Shown here piece after piece: positions 1-12,609 of a DNA stretch of 64,000 nucleotides. The stretch is from Spongospora subterranea f. sp. subterranea (Eukaryota), in assembly GCA_049724395.1 (NCBI GenBank), contig JAUGWO010000064.1, positions 186,001-250,000 on the forward strand, in the 5' to 3' direction. The translations under genes were made by a program, and so were the position numbers. The first letter of the stretch is position 1. Each line of letters begins with the position of its first letter. Below the pieces are notes generated by a model. That model was given only the letters and a program-made list of their open reading frames with translations, searched no databases and was not told where the DNA came from.

Positions 1-1020
1 CATATACTGATCTGTTATCCACTTACGATTTTTTGTCGGCCGCGTTTCGAAAACTTGAATCAGGGCCATCAGCTTCTTCTTGCAAAGCAACTAGATATTT
101 CAAAACACATTCCACAACTGCCACCCTGATCGTAACAGAATTACGAAGTACATCGATTGTTAACAGATGAATGGAACAAACGATTTTGATCGAACAGCTT
201 GAAATAAAGTGGTGACCCCAAGACCGTCTACTGAGTTGATCGCGGTAGGAAATTTCTCACAGATGAAATCGATCACGTCGATCCTGTAACCTCATTCAGT
301 GTTGGGTGACTTTGAACAACAGGATTGGCGACATACTGGCCATGTTTAATAGCAATGAAAAGTGGAGTATCCCCCCACCATTTTGTTGGTATCATCGGGT
401 CAGCACCATTTTTAAATAGAAACTGCACAATATCCCTTTTGATGGAACAGCATCAACAAACTGATCGATATCAAGTGAAAGTACCAAACCAGAATTGGAG
501 ATATGCGGCCTCGATCATTGGTGTGCTTCCTCTTAAATTCTGAGCATTGATGATGTTGCCCATGTTCGTCCTTCGAGAAAGTAACCAACAGTTATTGACC
601 AAATTTACGAAGGTGTTTTCACTTACGATTTGTGGTCCGCCGAATTTCGCATATTACGATCGACATTTAAAACAAATTCGATAGCTTCCACCCTGAAGCA
701 ACAGAAATCAATTAGGAGATCGGCTGTCACCACTAGAATGGCAATTACGATCGTGATTTGACGGCTTTGAAGATAAGAGATTCTTCATAGGAATCTTGTG
801 CGTAGATCGCCATAGGATTGGCGTCACACTGGCCATATTCAGCAGAAATGTGAAGTAGAGTGTCTCGACTATTTGTTGGTATCAAGGGATCAGCACCCTT
901 TACCCACAGAGTATTTGTTTGCGATGGTCCCGACTCGTCACCAGCTAACATCGGCTTATAAAAACATATCACAGAAATCAACAACATAAACAATTCCCTG
1001 TGCCATTGCCACAACATTGT
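1..1020 (-). pseudogene. Degenerate ankyrin-repeat gene fragments (two related tandem units)
   Basis: Minus-strand translations DIVQFLFKNGADPMIPTKWWGDTPLFIAIKHGQ (~330-440), INAQNLRGSTPMIEAAY (~500-560) and KGADPLIPTNSRDTLLHISAEYGQ (~830-905) match the ankyrin consensus. Frames are broken. Segments 20-140 and 620-707 are similar to each other. Confidence 0.7.
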
Positions 1021-1229
1021 GAACAGAGCGATTTCAGAAATGAGCGATCCGACGGATTCTTCTACGGAGTTTCAATGTGAACTGGCGCCATGTCACAAGT
1101 CACATCCCGTAACAGTAACAGTCCCGTAACCCAGTGTGCTCATCCACTAGCCGCTCTACCCGGCGATGTCACGGATTTTTGCATTTTACCGTGCGGATTG
1201 TCAATTCTTCGTTTCCGAAATGAGTTCTT

Positions 1230-1670
1230 GTGATTTATCAGTTTGTCCCATCCGCCTTCGAGCCCTCTGATGAGGTTGATGAAATTTTTCAGTTCACAAA
1301 AGAGGCAGACGATACTTGTAATGGTGTGGTGCAGTGGTGGGCTTCTATTATTGGCCAAAAGCGCTTTCCGACAATTGCATTTCTGGCGCGTGATACTCTA
1401 ATGTGCATTTGGGAGCTTCTGTGCTCTCAGAGGGCGCTTTTTCGGATAGCGGTCACTTTGTAGTTCCGACAGGTCACGCTTAAAGGATGACAATATCTCA
1501 ATGATGATGAAGCTTCGGTAGTGGAACCGCTTGATGAATAATTACAAACCCAGTACTGTACGTGTCTATCAATTCAACATTGAACACAGGATCGTTCACC
1601 ATTGCCAGAATAACCGGCTAGCTGTCGGTTTGAGGCAAAATCTGTAGCCGGCTAGCCGTGGACTCCCCTA
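1230..1670 (+). mobile_element. hAT DNA transposon 3' remnant (C-terminal dimerisation domain and probable terminus)
   Basis: WWASIIGQKRFPTIAFLARDTLMCI, then frameshifted AFSDSGHFV..RLKDDNISMMMKLR, typical of the hAT dimerisation domain. Repeated CCGGCTAGC subterminal motifs; ends in ...GGACTCCCCTA, the reverse complement of a TAGGG-type terminus. Confidence 0.75.
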
Positions 1671-1714
1671 CGTAGGGAATGCGAGAACCGTCGAAAATTT
1701 GGAGATTCCTGATA

Positions 1715-2520
1715 CAGTAATCATCCTAATAATACATTGGGAAATTTGACATAGGGTTCAGGGTCTAAGTTAAAAAATTTGCATTCTGGGGTTCAGGGTG
1801 TTAATAAATCTCAAAACACAGCATTTTTTGAGTGATACAAAATGCCTCAAAAACCCAAAAGTCTAAGCTCCCTAACAATTAGACAATGAATAAATCTAAG
1901 GAGAGCTCTTGATTGTTTTTTTTTTGGATCCAACAGCATTCCAATGCAACAAATGACCCAACACCAATCAGTGCTCCGAACGTGTCGAATCCCAACGGCA
2001 TTGAACGATGCAACGCGACAATCAAACCTACCACTTGCGAATCGAGGATTGGTTGATTGTGGACAGATTTCAATTCATCCATCAACAGATGAATTTTTCG
2101 ATGCGCTATCAGTGCCTGTGTCGTTTGACACTTCTTCCCACATGTTTTGCACAAACAATCGCTCAGCGACTGTGCGCGGACAGTCGACAGCAATGAATTT
2201 AGATCCATTCTTCTCAATGGAACACTGACCGAAAAAACTAGTGAAGCGTTGACTGCACCTGTTTGGTTGAGCCAACTGAAACATCACTATTCCTGGACGA
2301 GCTTAAATCACAGCTCGTCTCCCTTCTGCTCGAAGAGGCAGACCCGCTAGACGTGGTGCAAATCACCGACAAATCACCTGACGATGCGACGACAGGCAGT
2401 GTGACAATCACCCGACCAATTATCGAGCGATTCAACGCAGAGAACTCTGAGTCGTCGATCGCGCCGGCTTTGAGCAGGGCGTTCAGCTCCTTCAGCTGAT
2501 TGATGAACGACTCCGACATG
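1715..2520 (-). mobile_element. Internally deleted pogo-like element (SHOCT-like + C2H2 zinc finger N-terminus), relative of the 40098-43039 element
   Basis: MSESFINQLKELNALLKAGAIDDSEF..QSTLH..FFGQCSIEKNGSKFIAVDCPR..CKTCGKKCQTTQALIAHRKIH aligns with ORF 40488-41108. TA|CAGTAATCATCCTAATAA at 1713 resembles the termini of that element. Confidence 0.7.
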
Positions 2521-4817
2521 AAGCGGCAATGAAACTCGACGTGCAATGGCCACTGTGTCGAGAACGAAGTGTGCAGAAATATTCCCACAAAATCATTCCA
2601 TCAAGACTTTTTTCGCTGAAATTGGGGGTGTGAATTTGGTGCTGAGAACTAAGACTTTTGCCAAACTGATCCGGGGTCGACGGGTCTTACGGTCCCAATT
2701 CAGAGTTCAGGCCTTGATAGACATAGTCTTGTCACAATGAACTGTATCCTTCACCGCTCACTCGTCCAATTGCACAATGGCGCGCTCCCATTTTACCTCA
2801 ATGGCAGAAATAAAATATATATTCCCCAGCCTATTCAAATTCGTCGTATTTTCGATGCAGTAATTGGCAGTCATCGTCGCGGCAGGTGCCATGCCCGGGG
2901 ACGGCTGAGCTCCTGGCAGCTAGAGCGATACGGAAATTGACCCCTCATTCCTGCAATCCTCATCACGAACTTCCAGTTCATGATCAACGAGTGGATGCCA
3001 CTCAGGAGGTTTCAACATCCGTCCCGTCCAAACTTCACATTTCGTTTACCCATCCAGCAGCGCTCGCTGATCGATTCCATCGCTATTCGGGATCGTGCAC
3101 AACCTGCACGCATGGTTTGGGAAGTTCCCAGATACAACTTTTGTGCCCAGTGAAGGTTAAGATGGCACCTATTGAACACTTCGATCTTGAGCCAGATACA
3201 ACTGAAGGCAGAACGATTGCTGAAGAGTACAGCCTGCAAATGCAGAAGGAAATTGCTGAAATTAATCGATTGCATCAGGATACGATAATTGCTTTCACGA
3301 ATTTTGAAGACAAATTGGAATGATTGGTTTTAATATCTGTAAAAAATTGTACACACGACGATACTATTGGGTAAAAGGGGTGATTCTGGCTACTGGCTTT
3401 AATTTCAGCAATTTCCATCTGGAATTAGTCAGCTGATATCCTGCTTGTGTTCGTCCTGCAAATGTACCTGGCTAAATATCCATACGTTCCGCCTCTCAAT
3501 ATCGGCGAGAAGCGCGAAAAAAAATATATACCAGACGTATCAGAAATCCAAAGTGAAATTGAACAGCCAAATTCCTGACAGATTCTGCCTGCCCTGACCA
3601 ACCGGAAGCGCAAAACAATATTCTAAGATCAACCTATATTCATAATTGCAAAAATGAAATAGTGTTCCGATACGGGGACCATGTCCTGAACGAGGTCGTT
3701 GTGCTGTATAAGAATACATAGCCCAAAACTAAAATCGATTTCTAGATCCAGAATCTCACAGAATCACGATACAGTAGATAAATATACACTTGAGTGTGTT
3801 TACAAGTGACTGCGGACAGTGCGTGACCTTGATACTTCTTTTGACCATATGGGGCACAACAGGATTTTTCGCAACGTGCGTCTTCCCATGGCAATCGCTT
3901 TCGGACCACGAGAGGACACGTCACCCGATAGCTCATATCTGGCACATTAGGCCCAATCGATGTTATGAACAGGAAATAATGAAGTTGAGAGATGTAGACG
4001 AGGAAGCAAGCTAGAGAAGGGGGGGCCGGAGCGGGAGCTAGAAGGAGAGAACTTGGACGAGGGAGGGAGGCGAATATGGGAGCTAGAGGAATCGGGACGA
4101 AGACAGACGAATACGGGAACCAAACCGATTCAAAAACGGCGTTAACCAAACTGAGGTTAGCTCAGTTCGGTTTACACGGCACAATGTGTATTAGATACAA
4201 TAGAGAAAAGGCGCCTCATCGGGTTGCGCCTCCTGACAATCGCGAATCGGACAGTGTCTCAAGTGATGAAGACGATGAAGCAGCGGCATCTCGTCGAACC
4301 GTCTGCGGCCATCTGAACCGATAAAATTGATATCATTGCTACACAAGTCCCTCACAACAGTATCAAATGTGGATATCTGTTCAAGCGGTCGCCGCAAGAG
4401 GAGTACTCCTAAAGTGTGTGAATTGCAATTATTTTTATACAACGCGGAGAGAGCCGAGTCGCTCCTAAAGTATTAAACAATTAAACGTGGGGTATATAGG
4501 ACTCCTACCATAGGCAACCTAGCGAGGATGTCGGACGACAACGGCAGGCGTTTTTGTGTTTATAAACCGTGGCAATTTCTTAACTTGTAGAACTGTGTGA
4601 GTCAAACCGATTTGCCGACGCTTAATGCCAATGACGCTGTCTTGGTTATTGTAATATTGCTGCAACAACGATTGATCGTAACCCTTTTTCATGATATTTC
4701 TTCATTGAAATCTCTTGAGTTGGTACATATCTCTTCAAACACTGTGTGGGTTGGTGATAATCCCTGAACGGGACAATAGGGGGAGCGAGTTAACGTGTTA
4801 CAGTAGGATGATGCATA

Positions 4818-4933
4818 CAGCCCCGTACTGCACTATTCTGTACTATAGCGTTGGTACCGTCCTGTACTATAGCGTCAGCCCCGTACTGCACTATTCTGTA
4901 CTATAGCGTTGGTACCGTACTGTACTATAGCGT
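4818..4933. repeat. 58-bp tandem duplication with four internal CTGTACTATAGCGT motifs
   Basis: Directly visible: CAGCCCCGTACTGCACTATTCTGTACTATAGCGTTGGTACCGT.. occurs twice (4818 and 4876). Confidence 0.9.
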
Positions 4934-5413
4934 GTAGGGTGACAAGCTCGTCAGTCCAGTTCATCGTCCCTCCATCGTTTAATGTATTCCTACCTCAATT
5001 ATCGTCGCCGAGTTGTCCTATTGCTCCTGATTCTCGTCACCGTTCTTGCCGTATCAGCCAGGATTTCGTACGTCATTCTGCCATGTATCCGAATCTGTAA
5101 GGAATGATTCCTTCCATTAGGGGAGTTGTATTTTGGATCGGTTGGGCGACGATAGCGATCGCGCTTGCGACAATGCTTTTGATTGATGTCATGTTTATGG
5201 GCGAAAATCAATTTATATACGAGCCTGATTTTATGGTACAAAATACGTGCAGTAATTGTTTCTTGATAATAATTGGTTGAAACTATTAGGCTTGGCAGGC
5301 AAAAAATGATTTATGAGGCAAAACTGATCTTTGGCGTAAAATAAATATAAAATCCTTCAACATGGAAAAGAAACTTCAGTTGAACCGAGCTTCAGTTAGC
5401 TTACATGTTTACT

Positions 5414-6609
5414 TCATCTTAACTTCAAGAGCGACTCAGCCTTTGTGCTTGTCCAATGACACTCGTCGTTGATTTTGATATTCTCCTGGTGATCTTTACA
5501 TTTTTGTATCCAAATCTTTCGCAACGACTTATTTATGCATTCCCATTGACTATCAGAAAGATCTTTCGCCACAGCAGCGAAAAATAGCGCCTTTCGATGA
5601 ACGCGTTTTATTTCGGCCCGGTCCGTTCCAGAAATAAAATGTGATGCATCGCTCAATAATTGCATTAGCTCAATAAACGCTCTTTCGAATGATCTCGTGT
5701 TGATGATCCAAACGACATCGTAAATCGCAATGAGGCAAACAAGTAAACGGTCAAGCTTGACCGACCGTTCGAGGAACATTGATACGATTTGATCAACATT
5801 AAACGAGTGCTTCGAGCTGGATGTAAGAATAGTTGATAATGCGAAGAAATCCTTTAACGAAGCCGGCCAGTCGGAAAGTAGATCGCCATCATACCGTCTT
5901 AAGCAAAATGCAATCGAGAGTAGGCCATCGCATACATGGGCAGGTAGAGAAGGAGATATCTCCCCTCGGTGAAGCTTTTCGATCGATGGAAAATGATTAC
6001 TTGTTTGCCATGCTTCTTCCATGTCGACGATGCCAACTAGAAATAAATCAGTATGGGAGGGGGGATCATCGTTAATACAGTGCACATTTACCACGAGCGA
6101 CTGGTAATTTATCCCATTGCTGAAAATCCTCCAGAATCTGTAAGGGATCGGTCCCGTATTCCGAGATCCACCAAGGTTTCCACAACTCGATCTTGACCAT
6201 TCCATTTGATGCATCCTGCACGTCTGAAAACTATTGGTACAGAATAAACCCTAAACCTGAAGGATTACTTTTACTGACATTGACGAAATTCCTCTCGGAG
6301 CTCATCGGTAAGGTGCTGCTCTGTCAATTTACCGCTTATTGCAAGCTCTTCAAGACATAAAAGATTATCATCCCAGTCGGCAGCTTGCTCATCTTCCTCG
6401 CGTTCTTCAGCATTACTCTGTAAAGCCTGTCGAAATTCGGCTGTAGCAGTTCGTTTCGGCAAAGACATGCATTGCTCTTTGAAAAACGATTCGGTACATT
6501 GCGAATCGTGCTGGGAATAGCATTCAACCGAACAATAAGGTGATCTGCATTTGGGGCAGCGATATCTAGATGGGGACGAGCATACAGGACAGACATTATC
6601 AAGATCCAT
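5414..6609 (-). CDS. ZNHIT2: Zinc finger HIT domain-containing protein 2 (about 3 exons)
   Basis: N-terminal zf-HIT CPVC..YRCPKCRSPYCSVECYSQHDSQCTESFF; middle exon LWKPWW; SPSLPAHVCDGLLSIAFCLRRYDGD resembles the conserved ZNHIT2 C-terminal region. GT-AG introns near 6216-6278 and 6040-6092. Confidence 0.85.
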
Positions 6610-6709
6610 TGATTCTTGCCCGGATGATTGATTTGACCGCGCTCCGCAGTTCGATCACAACTATCTCACGCAAATTATGCAGCGAGTCCGATTCGCTTTT
6701 ATTCAATGG

Positions 6710-8951
6710 TTAGTGCTTTCCATCAAGATACTGGGCCAATAGGGCTCGCGTTGACGAGTTGAAATTATTGCTGATAGGTGCAGACTTGGTCCGACTAACT
6801 TGCAATTGATCCCGTAATTTGTTACCGAGCTGCTTTCCGAGCTCAACTCCCCACTGATCGAAACTGTTAATTCCCCAAATTGCTCCTTGCACCATTGTTC
6901 GGTGCTCGTTAGATGGCTAGTAATTGCCCGACAGTGTATGCCGAAAGTTCGGTCAAAAGCAAACTGAATTTCAAATTAATCCGCCATTAAGAAACTTCAC
7001 ACGGATCGATTACCTGGAAGACGGTCGGTTACCAGGAAAATATTTGTGAGGCATCAACTCCATGGGAACATGCTCATCCTAATGTAATTAAATCAGTACC
7101 AAGGTGAAAAAATTTTGTAAACGGTTACCATGAGCTGGTCTTCCTGTTTACCCAATGCTAGAGCATCCGGCTGACTGAAAAATGCCGCCATCAATTCGTC
7201 GTGATTGGACACCGGGTCTCCAGGTAAGCTAACTGGGTTCTGGGAGCGAACAAAACCAACAAAATCTGCAGGTACGACTTGACCTTGATGCAACAATTGA
7301 TAAAATGAATGTTGTCCATTTGTGCCCTAAAGTACAACTTGAGAATGATTGAATCTAGATTATATACCTGTTAATACACACCGGTTCACCGAAGTTGATT
7401 TCTCCACAAGAAAACGGAAGGGTCTGTCCCTCAACGGTGACTCGTTTACCGTTGGACTCCCATGTCGACTTGCTGTATATGGGCCACAAACCGACATAGG
7501 GCCTCGCTAAAGGCAACGAATCAGGTCCCTGTATGAAAAGATTCGGACAAGGCTGACCTATAAGGAAGAAGCGCACGGGTTGGGTACTTGAGGAAGCTCG
7601 AGTTCCACACACCAAGTAAACCTGATGTAAAAATACGTATCAAATCTGGTTCCCCAAACGCGACGGAATTGCAATACCTAAAACAACTGGAATGTTTTTT
7701 TGATGGGGGGCATGCAAGAAATGTTGATCGATTGATCTTGCCCCGTTTAAGAATTCTTTAACAACATCAAACCCGTATTGCAGAGCAAGCGGTAGTAATC
7801 CAACAGCACTGGTGACGGAATATCGCCCACCAACCCAATCCCAGAAGGCGAATATATTATCAGCATCAATGCCAAATTCCGTCACGGCTAATATTTCAAG
7901 TGCGTTGGCATATGTTCAGCAATGATTAAACATCCAGTAGTACCTTTGATGTTGGTGCTAACGGCAACCATGTGTTTTGCTGTGGCTTCAACACCAAGCG
8001 CCTATTTGTAAGAATCATTGAACTGGGTCGTCATTGTATGACACTTTTCTCACATCGGTTATCCACTTGCGAGCAGTACGAGCGTTCAGCATCGTCTCCA
8101 CCGTTGTAAACGTTTTAGAGATGATTATGACCAGGGTTGTAGCAGGTGAAAGATCTTCGGTCGCCCGGGCAAAAGCAACAGGATCAACATTTGCAATAAC
8201 TGCATATCATCAGTTTAAGAAAAAACTTTTAACAACGCCTACAGCGAAGGCGACGTCCTTTCGCAGCAGCATATGCATTTGGTTCATTTTTAAGAGCCTC
8301 ATGAACGAATTCAGAACCCAGATAAGAACCTCCAATTCCGATAGAAATAACGTCTTTGAAAGGTTGGCCAGTATGGCCAACAATATCTTTGCCCGACCGG
8401 AACTGTGAGAATATGAACAACATTCATCAGAAATGAATTTGAAGATCTACGTTGTGAGAAAAGTTTTGAATTTGGTCTCGGACGGCGATAACGTCAGGAA
8501 CAATGTTAATTCCGTTCGCCTGGTAAAAATCGTGAGGAGCGGCGCGTAAGGCAATATGCAAAACTACAGTGATTGTTATCCGACGCATCGCAGACACAAA
8601 CCGAGGCAAATACCTGGACGATTTTCAGTCGAGTTGATGGGTGCCCCGCTGGCCATGGATTTGATTTTCCCAGAAAGATTTTGCTGTTCGGCGAGATCTG
8701 TATGCAAAATTAATACCGAGTATTATGGTAGGAGTAATCTTATTACCATGAAGAAGGAGCATAGTCTTATTGGTTGCCCTCTGACGAGCATAATCCAATG
8801 TAATTCCCTCGGCCTGAACTGTGAGGAAATCGTTTCGCTCCTCATCTTGAAGAAGGTTTTTCAAATGCGTGGGCTGGATTTCATCCTGGGCGTGAGCTTG
8901 CAGCGCGGCCCAGGCAGGAGTCTCGTTTACCAAACGCGCAGGGTTGGCCAT
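6710..8951 (-). CDS. GPI: Glucose-6-phosphate isomerase (cytosolic, multi-exon)
   Basis: Motifs [60 protein letters not shown] and [10 protein letters not shown]. One apparent 1-nt insertion at ~7459-7461. Confidence 0.97.
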
Positions 8952-9239
8952 ACTAATCGATTTGTTAAGACAAATGAATATATTGGCTGATGAGACCAGC
9001 GAGAGATCCTTGATTCACCAGATTTTCAGCGGTGCAGTGGAGCAGCCTCTAGCACACTCACCGCACTCCTTCTGGTACGTTGCTATCGTTACACATCGAG
9101 TCCTCATTATCGGCGCAGACGCGCAGTATTCAGTGACAGTACAACATTCCGGAATAATCTCAGGGTAGAGAATTGGTTGAGCGCATATTCAATCTCATTT
9201 CCGTAATTACAGCAGGTCTTGTTGATCCAGCGATAATCA

Positions 9240-11267
9240 ATGCAGGATATTGCTGATGCTGGCGCTGAAAGCAGTCGGCTGCACAGTATCTTGAATCGGC
9301 CGCTCTCGACAGATGATTTCACACAATCATTGAATATTCGGGCTCGCCCATATTCCCTGATCTCTCCGGAGTCGCAACCAAAGGCGCATATATGGGCTGC
9401 TTCAAAAGCCTATTTATTACCATTACCCGGTATTGTTGATTTAGTAATTAGCGCTTTCAATTAAACTCTTTCAGAGAAGCCTTCCGATTCAGTTGACCGG
9501 TACGATGTAAGACATTCCATGGATTCTGTGCAGTTCGCCATGGTCAAAGAGTTCAAGAATGGAAGGGTGTCCAATTGTTCCAATGTGTATTTGAACGATG
9601 ATGATATGATGACCCAGAATCTGTTGGATCAATTGCAATTTGAGAGATATTCTGATCTTGTTTTTTCAAATGGTATGTGGGGTAAATACCTTTGCTGTTA
9701 ATGTTCAATGATGATCAGAGTCGCATGAGGAAGCCATGCAAGACGACATTGTCGAAACAATTAACACTGCCGCCGATTTGGAAGCTCCAACTATTCCGTT
9801 TATTCATCCGTCTAGACAAATTCAACCCATTGATCATGGGACGTCTCGTCGCCGTCGACGATTCCAGCCGTCGTTTTCGGTTCCCGATTCTATAACAGTA
9901 ATTGTACGGAATTAGGATACTGAGACACAGCTTGGCAAATGTCTGATTGTTTATGCAGCCCGAGTCGCTCGATGAACACGTTTTAATCGAGAAAACAGCT
10001 GCTTTTATCAAAGAGAAAGGGACACAACAAGAAATATGGATGAAAGCCAAACAAGTAAGAAACAGCCCTAGTTGAGGATGTCGTGTAGTTCCTTACTCGT
10101 GACGCGTAATTTAGTCGAGCAATCCAAAATTTCAGTTTCTGCTAGAAGATCATGCGCTTCATGCCTATTACGCATGGCTAAAGGATACAGGAATTAAGCA
10201 TCATCAGTCTACTCTACAATCTATAAGCAACGATTACAGTTCTGAAAGTGATGATGATAACCAAGATAAAAAGGATGACATTACCCAGCAAATTGCTGAA
10301 CTGAAGAAGCGCATGTTTCCAGTTCAACGGAGCAGCTTCGTCGTCCCCCCAGGAAAAACGGTGCTTATCATCGAAAGACTAGTTCATTGCATCAAAAGCG
10401 AAGGAATATGGTTCGAAGCCGTAGTTCGTGCTCACCATTTGCAAGGGGATCTGCTCTCTTTTTTAGATCCCGACAATGAATATCACCAATTTTACGAGGA
10501 AATCAAATCTCGAGCAATAGCACAGTCTTCGGTAGTCAATGATGTTCACCAAACCGCATCAAGTCAGTTACGATTTCCACATCAGGAATATCGTAACCCA
10601 GTTGGCCATGCCTTAAATGCTGGATTGCCCACTTCCGAGTTTCAAGAATCATTGGTTTTACCAGAAAAGGTCGGGTACCATATCTGCCATAGGGCCCCTT
10701 TGCTTTCCAGGAGTTGATAACCACTTCAGCTTTATTCCTATAAGAAAGACTCCATTTTCAACCAGTGGGTGTTCTCACGCTTCGTTTATGTTCATTCGTG
10801 TTTGGTAGACTTCCTCTGAAGTATGTCTATAGGCGGCAGCTGTCAACGCCTTGAAAAGTTCACGTCACGATGAGCCGAGGTTAGATTGTCGCAAAATCTG
10901 GTTGTGGTGTCCTTCAACTTTTTTATTGTCATGTGTTAGCCCACCGTCGCCTCCAAAGATCAAAACCTACAGCTCCTCATCTCGTAGTAGGAGTCGATCC
11001 TCTTCACTCCGCCGAAACCGTTCACATCGACATCTTTCTCGCTCTCCCCAGCGTCGATCCATCTGTCGGGACAGGCGTTCCCCATCGATACGGCGACGCA
11101 GGAGAAACCAATCACGATCGCGTAGTCGCGATTGTTCTTGGCGAAGAAGTCGATCTGCATCGATTCGGCATAGTCGTTCACACCGTACCCGTTATCGTCG
11201 TCGCTCTGCATCTTCATCATCGATTGAGGATAACAGGGCACACAGGTCTTTCAGGCGGAGAAGTTAA
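9240..11267 (+). CDS. SWAP/suppressor-of-white-apricot-like splicing factor (DRY_EERY, two SURP domains, RS tail)
   Basis: VDRYDVR...FERYSDL (DRY_EERY); SURP-like IEKTAAFIKEKG..NPKFQFLLEDHALHAYY and IERLVHCIKSEGIWFEA..SFLDPDNEYHQFY; C-terminal Arg/Ser-rich exon. Start codon approximate. Confidence 0.85.
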
Positions 11268-11351
11268 GATGGACATCTGTAAAAATTATGAGCCATATTG
11301 GTTCGACGATCGACTAGCGGAAGAATCGGTCAGAATTTGAATTATATAAAT

Positions 11352-11915
11352 TTATACAATTAGATTTTGAAATAACAATCGAAGTTCTGATATAATAATA
11401 CTCATGCGTGTGTCTGCATCTGTCGTATCATATTCCGTCTCCTTTCCGTTCAGGTTTGAATAAAATGCCAATAACTGTACAGATGAAGGTTGGCATTATG
11501 GAGAAAAAGCAGCGCACACTAACATTATCGCCAAATTCATAACATGAAAACATGACATTATTGCCCCGGATGTGGAGAATCGGGCATTTTGCGGCGTTAA
11601 GAGTAGATCCTGCATCAAATTCAGACACATTTCGTTCGATATACAACAGTAGTTGGATGTACCGAACTGTTCTGCAGCTTTCTTCAAGGACGCAATTGGC
11701 AGGACGAGGTCATCGACACGTGGGTTGTTGCCTTTTATTTGCTGAGCTCTAAGATTCATCAAGAAATGTTATTCTGACGACAATTACTATATTCAACGTT
11801 GGAACGATAAAACACAACCGTACATCAATTCACCAGATTGTGATAATATACATGAAGCGGTGGTCTCTGGGAACACCATCTCGATCTCCTTCAGTTTACC
11901 TTGAATTTGCTTCAT
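11352..11915 (-). CDS. Small multi-exon protein, possibly roadblock/longin-like fold
   Basis: Spliceable ORF pieces MKQIQGKLKEIEMVFPETTASCILSQSGELM / VLPIASLKKAAEQFG / CPILHIRGNNVMFSCYEFGDN / TTDADTRMSIIISELRLLFQNLIV*. The helix-strand pattern is reminiscent of roadblock proteins; identity uncertain. Confidence 0.5.
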
Positions 11916-12609
11916 CACCTGCAATGAGAATCCATTCGACCTTCGGCAGCACATGCTCTGCTTAACATATAAAGCCAAATGGACTCCAAAGACTGAATTG
12001 GGTGTCTGGAATAGCTGACGCAGCCCTGGCCTGACACTTGGCGACAAACAAGAGACAGAGATGTGTGTACGGTACCGTGACGGCTCATAGGCGGGGCAGG
12101 AAACTAACTGGGAAACCAAGTGGCAAAAACGATCCAGTACCGAAAACAACAAAGGAAAACAACAACAAATGAAAATGCACAATAGTTTATTCTGGTCAAC
12201 AGGGAATCAAGGCCACATTGTATATGTAATAAAGCAGAATATGTTGCGAGTTGCGAAACTTTTATAATTCGAGCATGGGAGCGAATCACGATGTGGGTCG
12301 AGCACAATACGAAAACGCTCATGCTATAGGAATGCGCTACACCAGCATAGTCTTTTAGGGACTCGGAGAAAACGTCCAGCTAATGTTATTCGAAAACGGA
12401 TCGTAATTGTGGTTGCTATTCCCGAAAACGATCCACAAAACACTGTTTTTCCACATTTTCACTGAAACTTTGAAATGCGATGACACATTGTCATGCCAGC
12501 ATGAACTCCGTCAACAACGACTGCAATAATCAAAACAAATGTTGAAATATTGGACGATAAGACACAGGTCCGTGATTAGACTGTTCATTGGGAAATGGCA
12601 GTTCCGCAG

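Noticed and set aside
3663..4510. Possible solo LTR (TG start, purine-rich tract)
   Set aside because: No second copy in the window and no convincing TG..CA ends with a matching target duplication.
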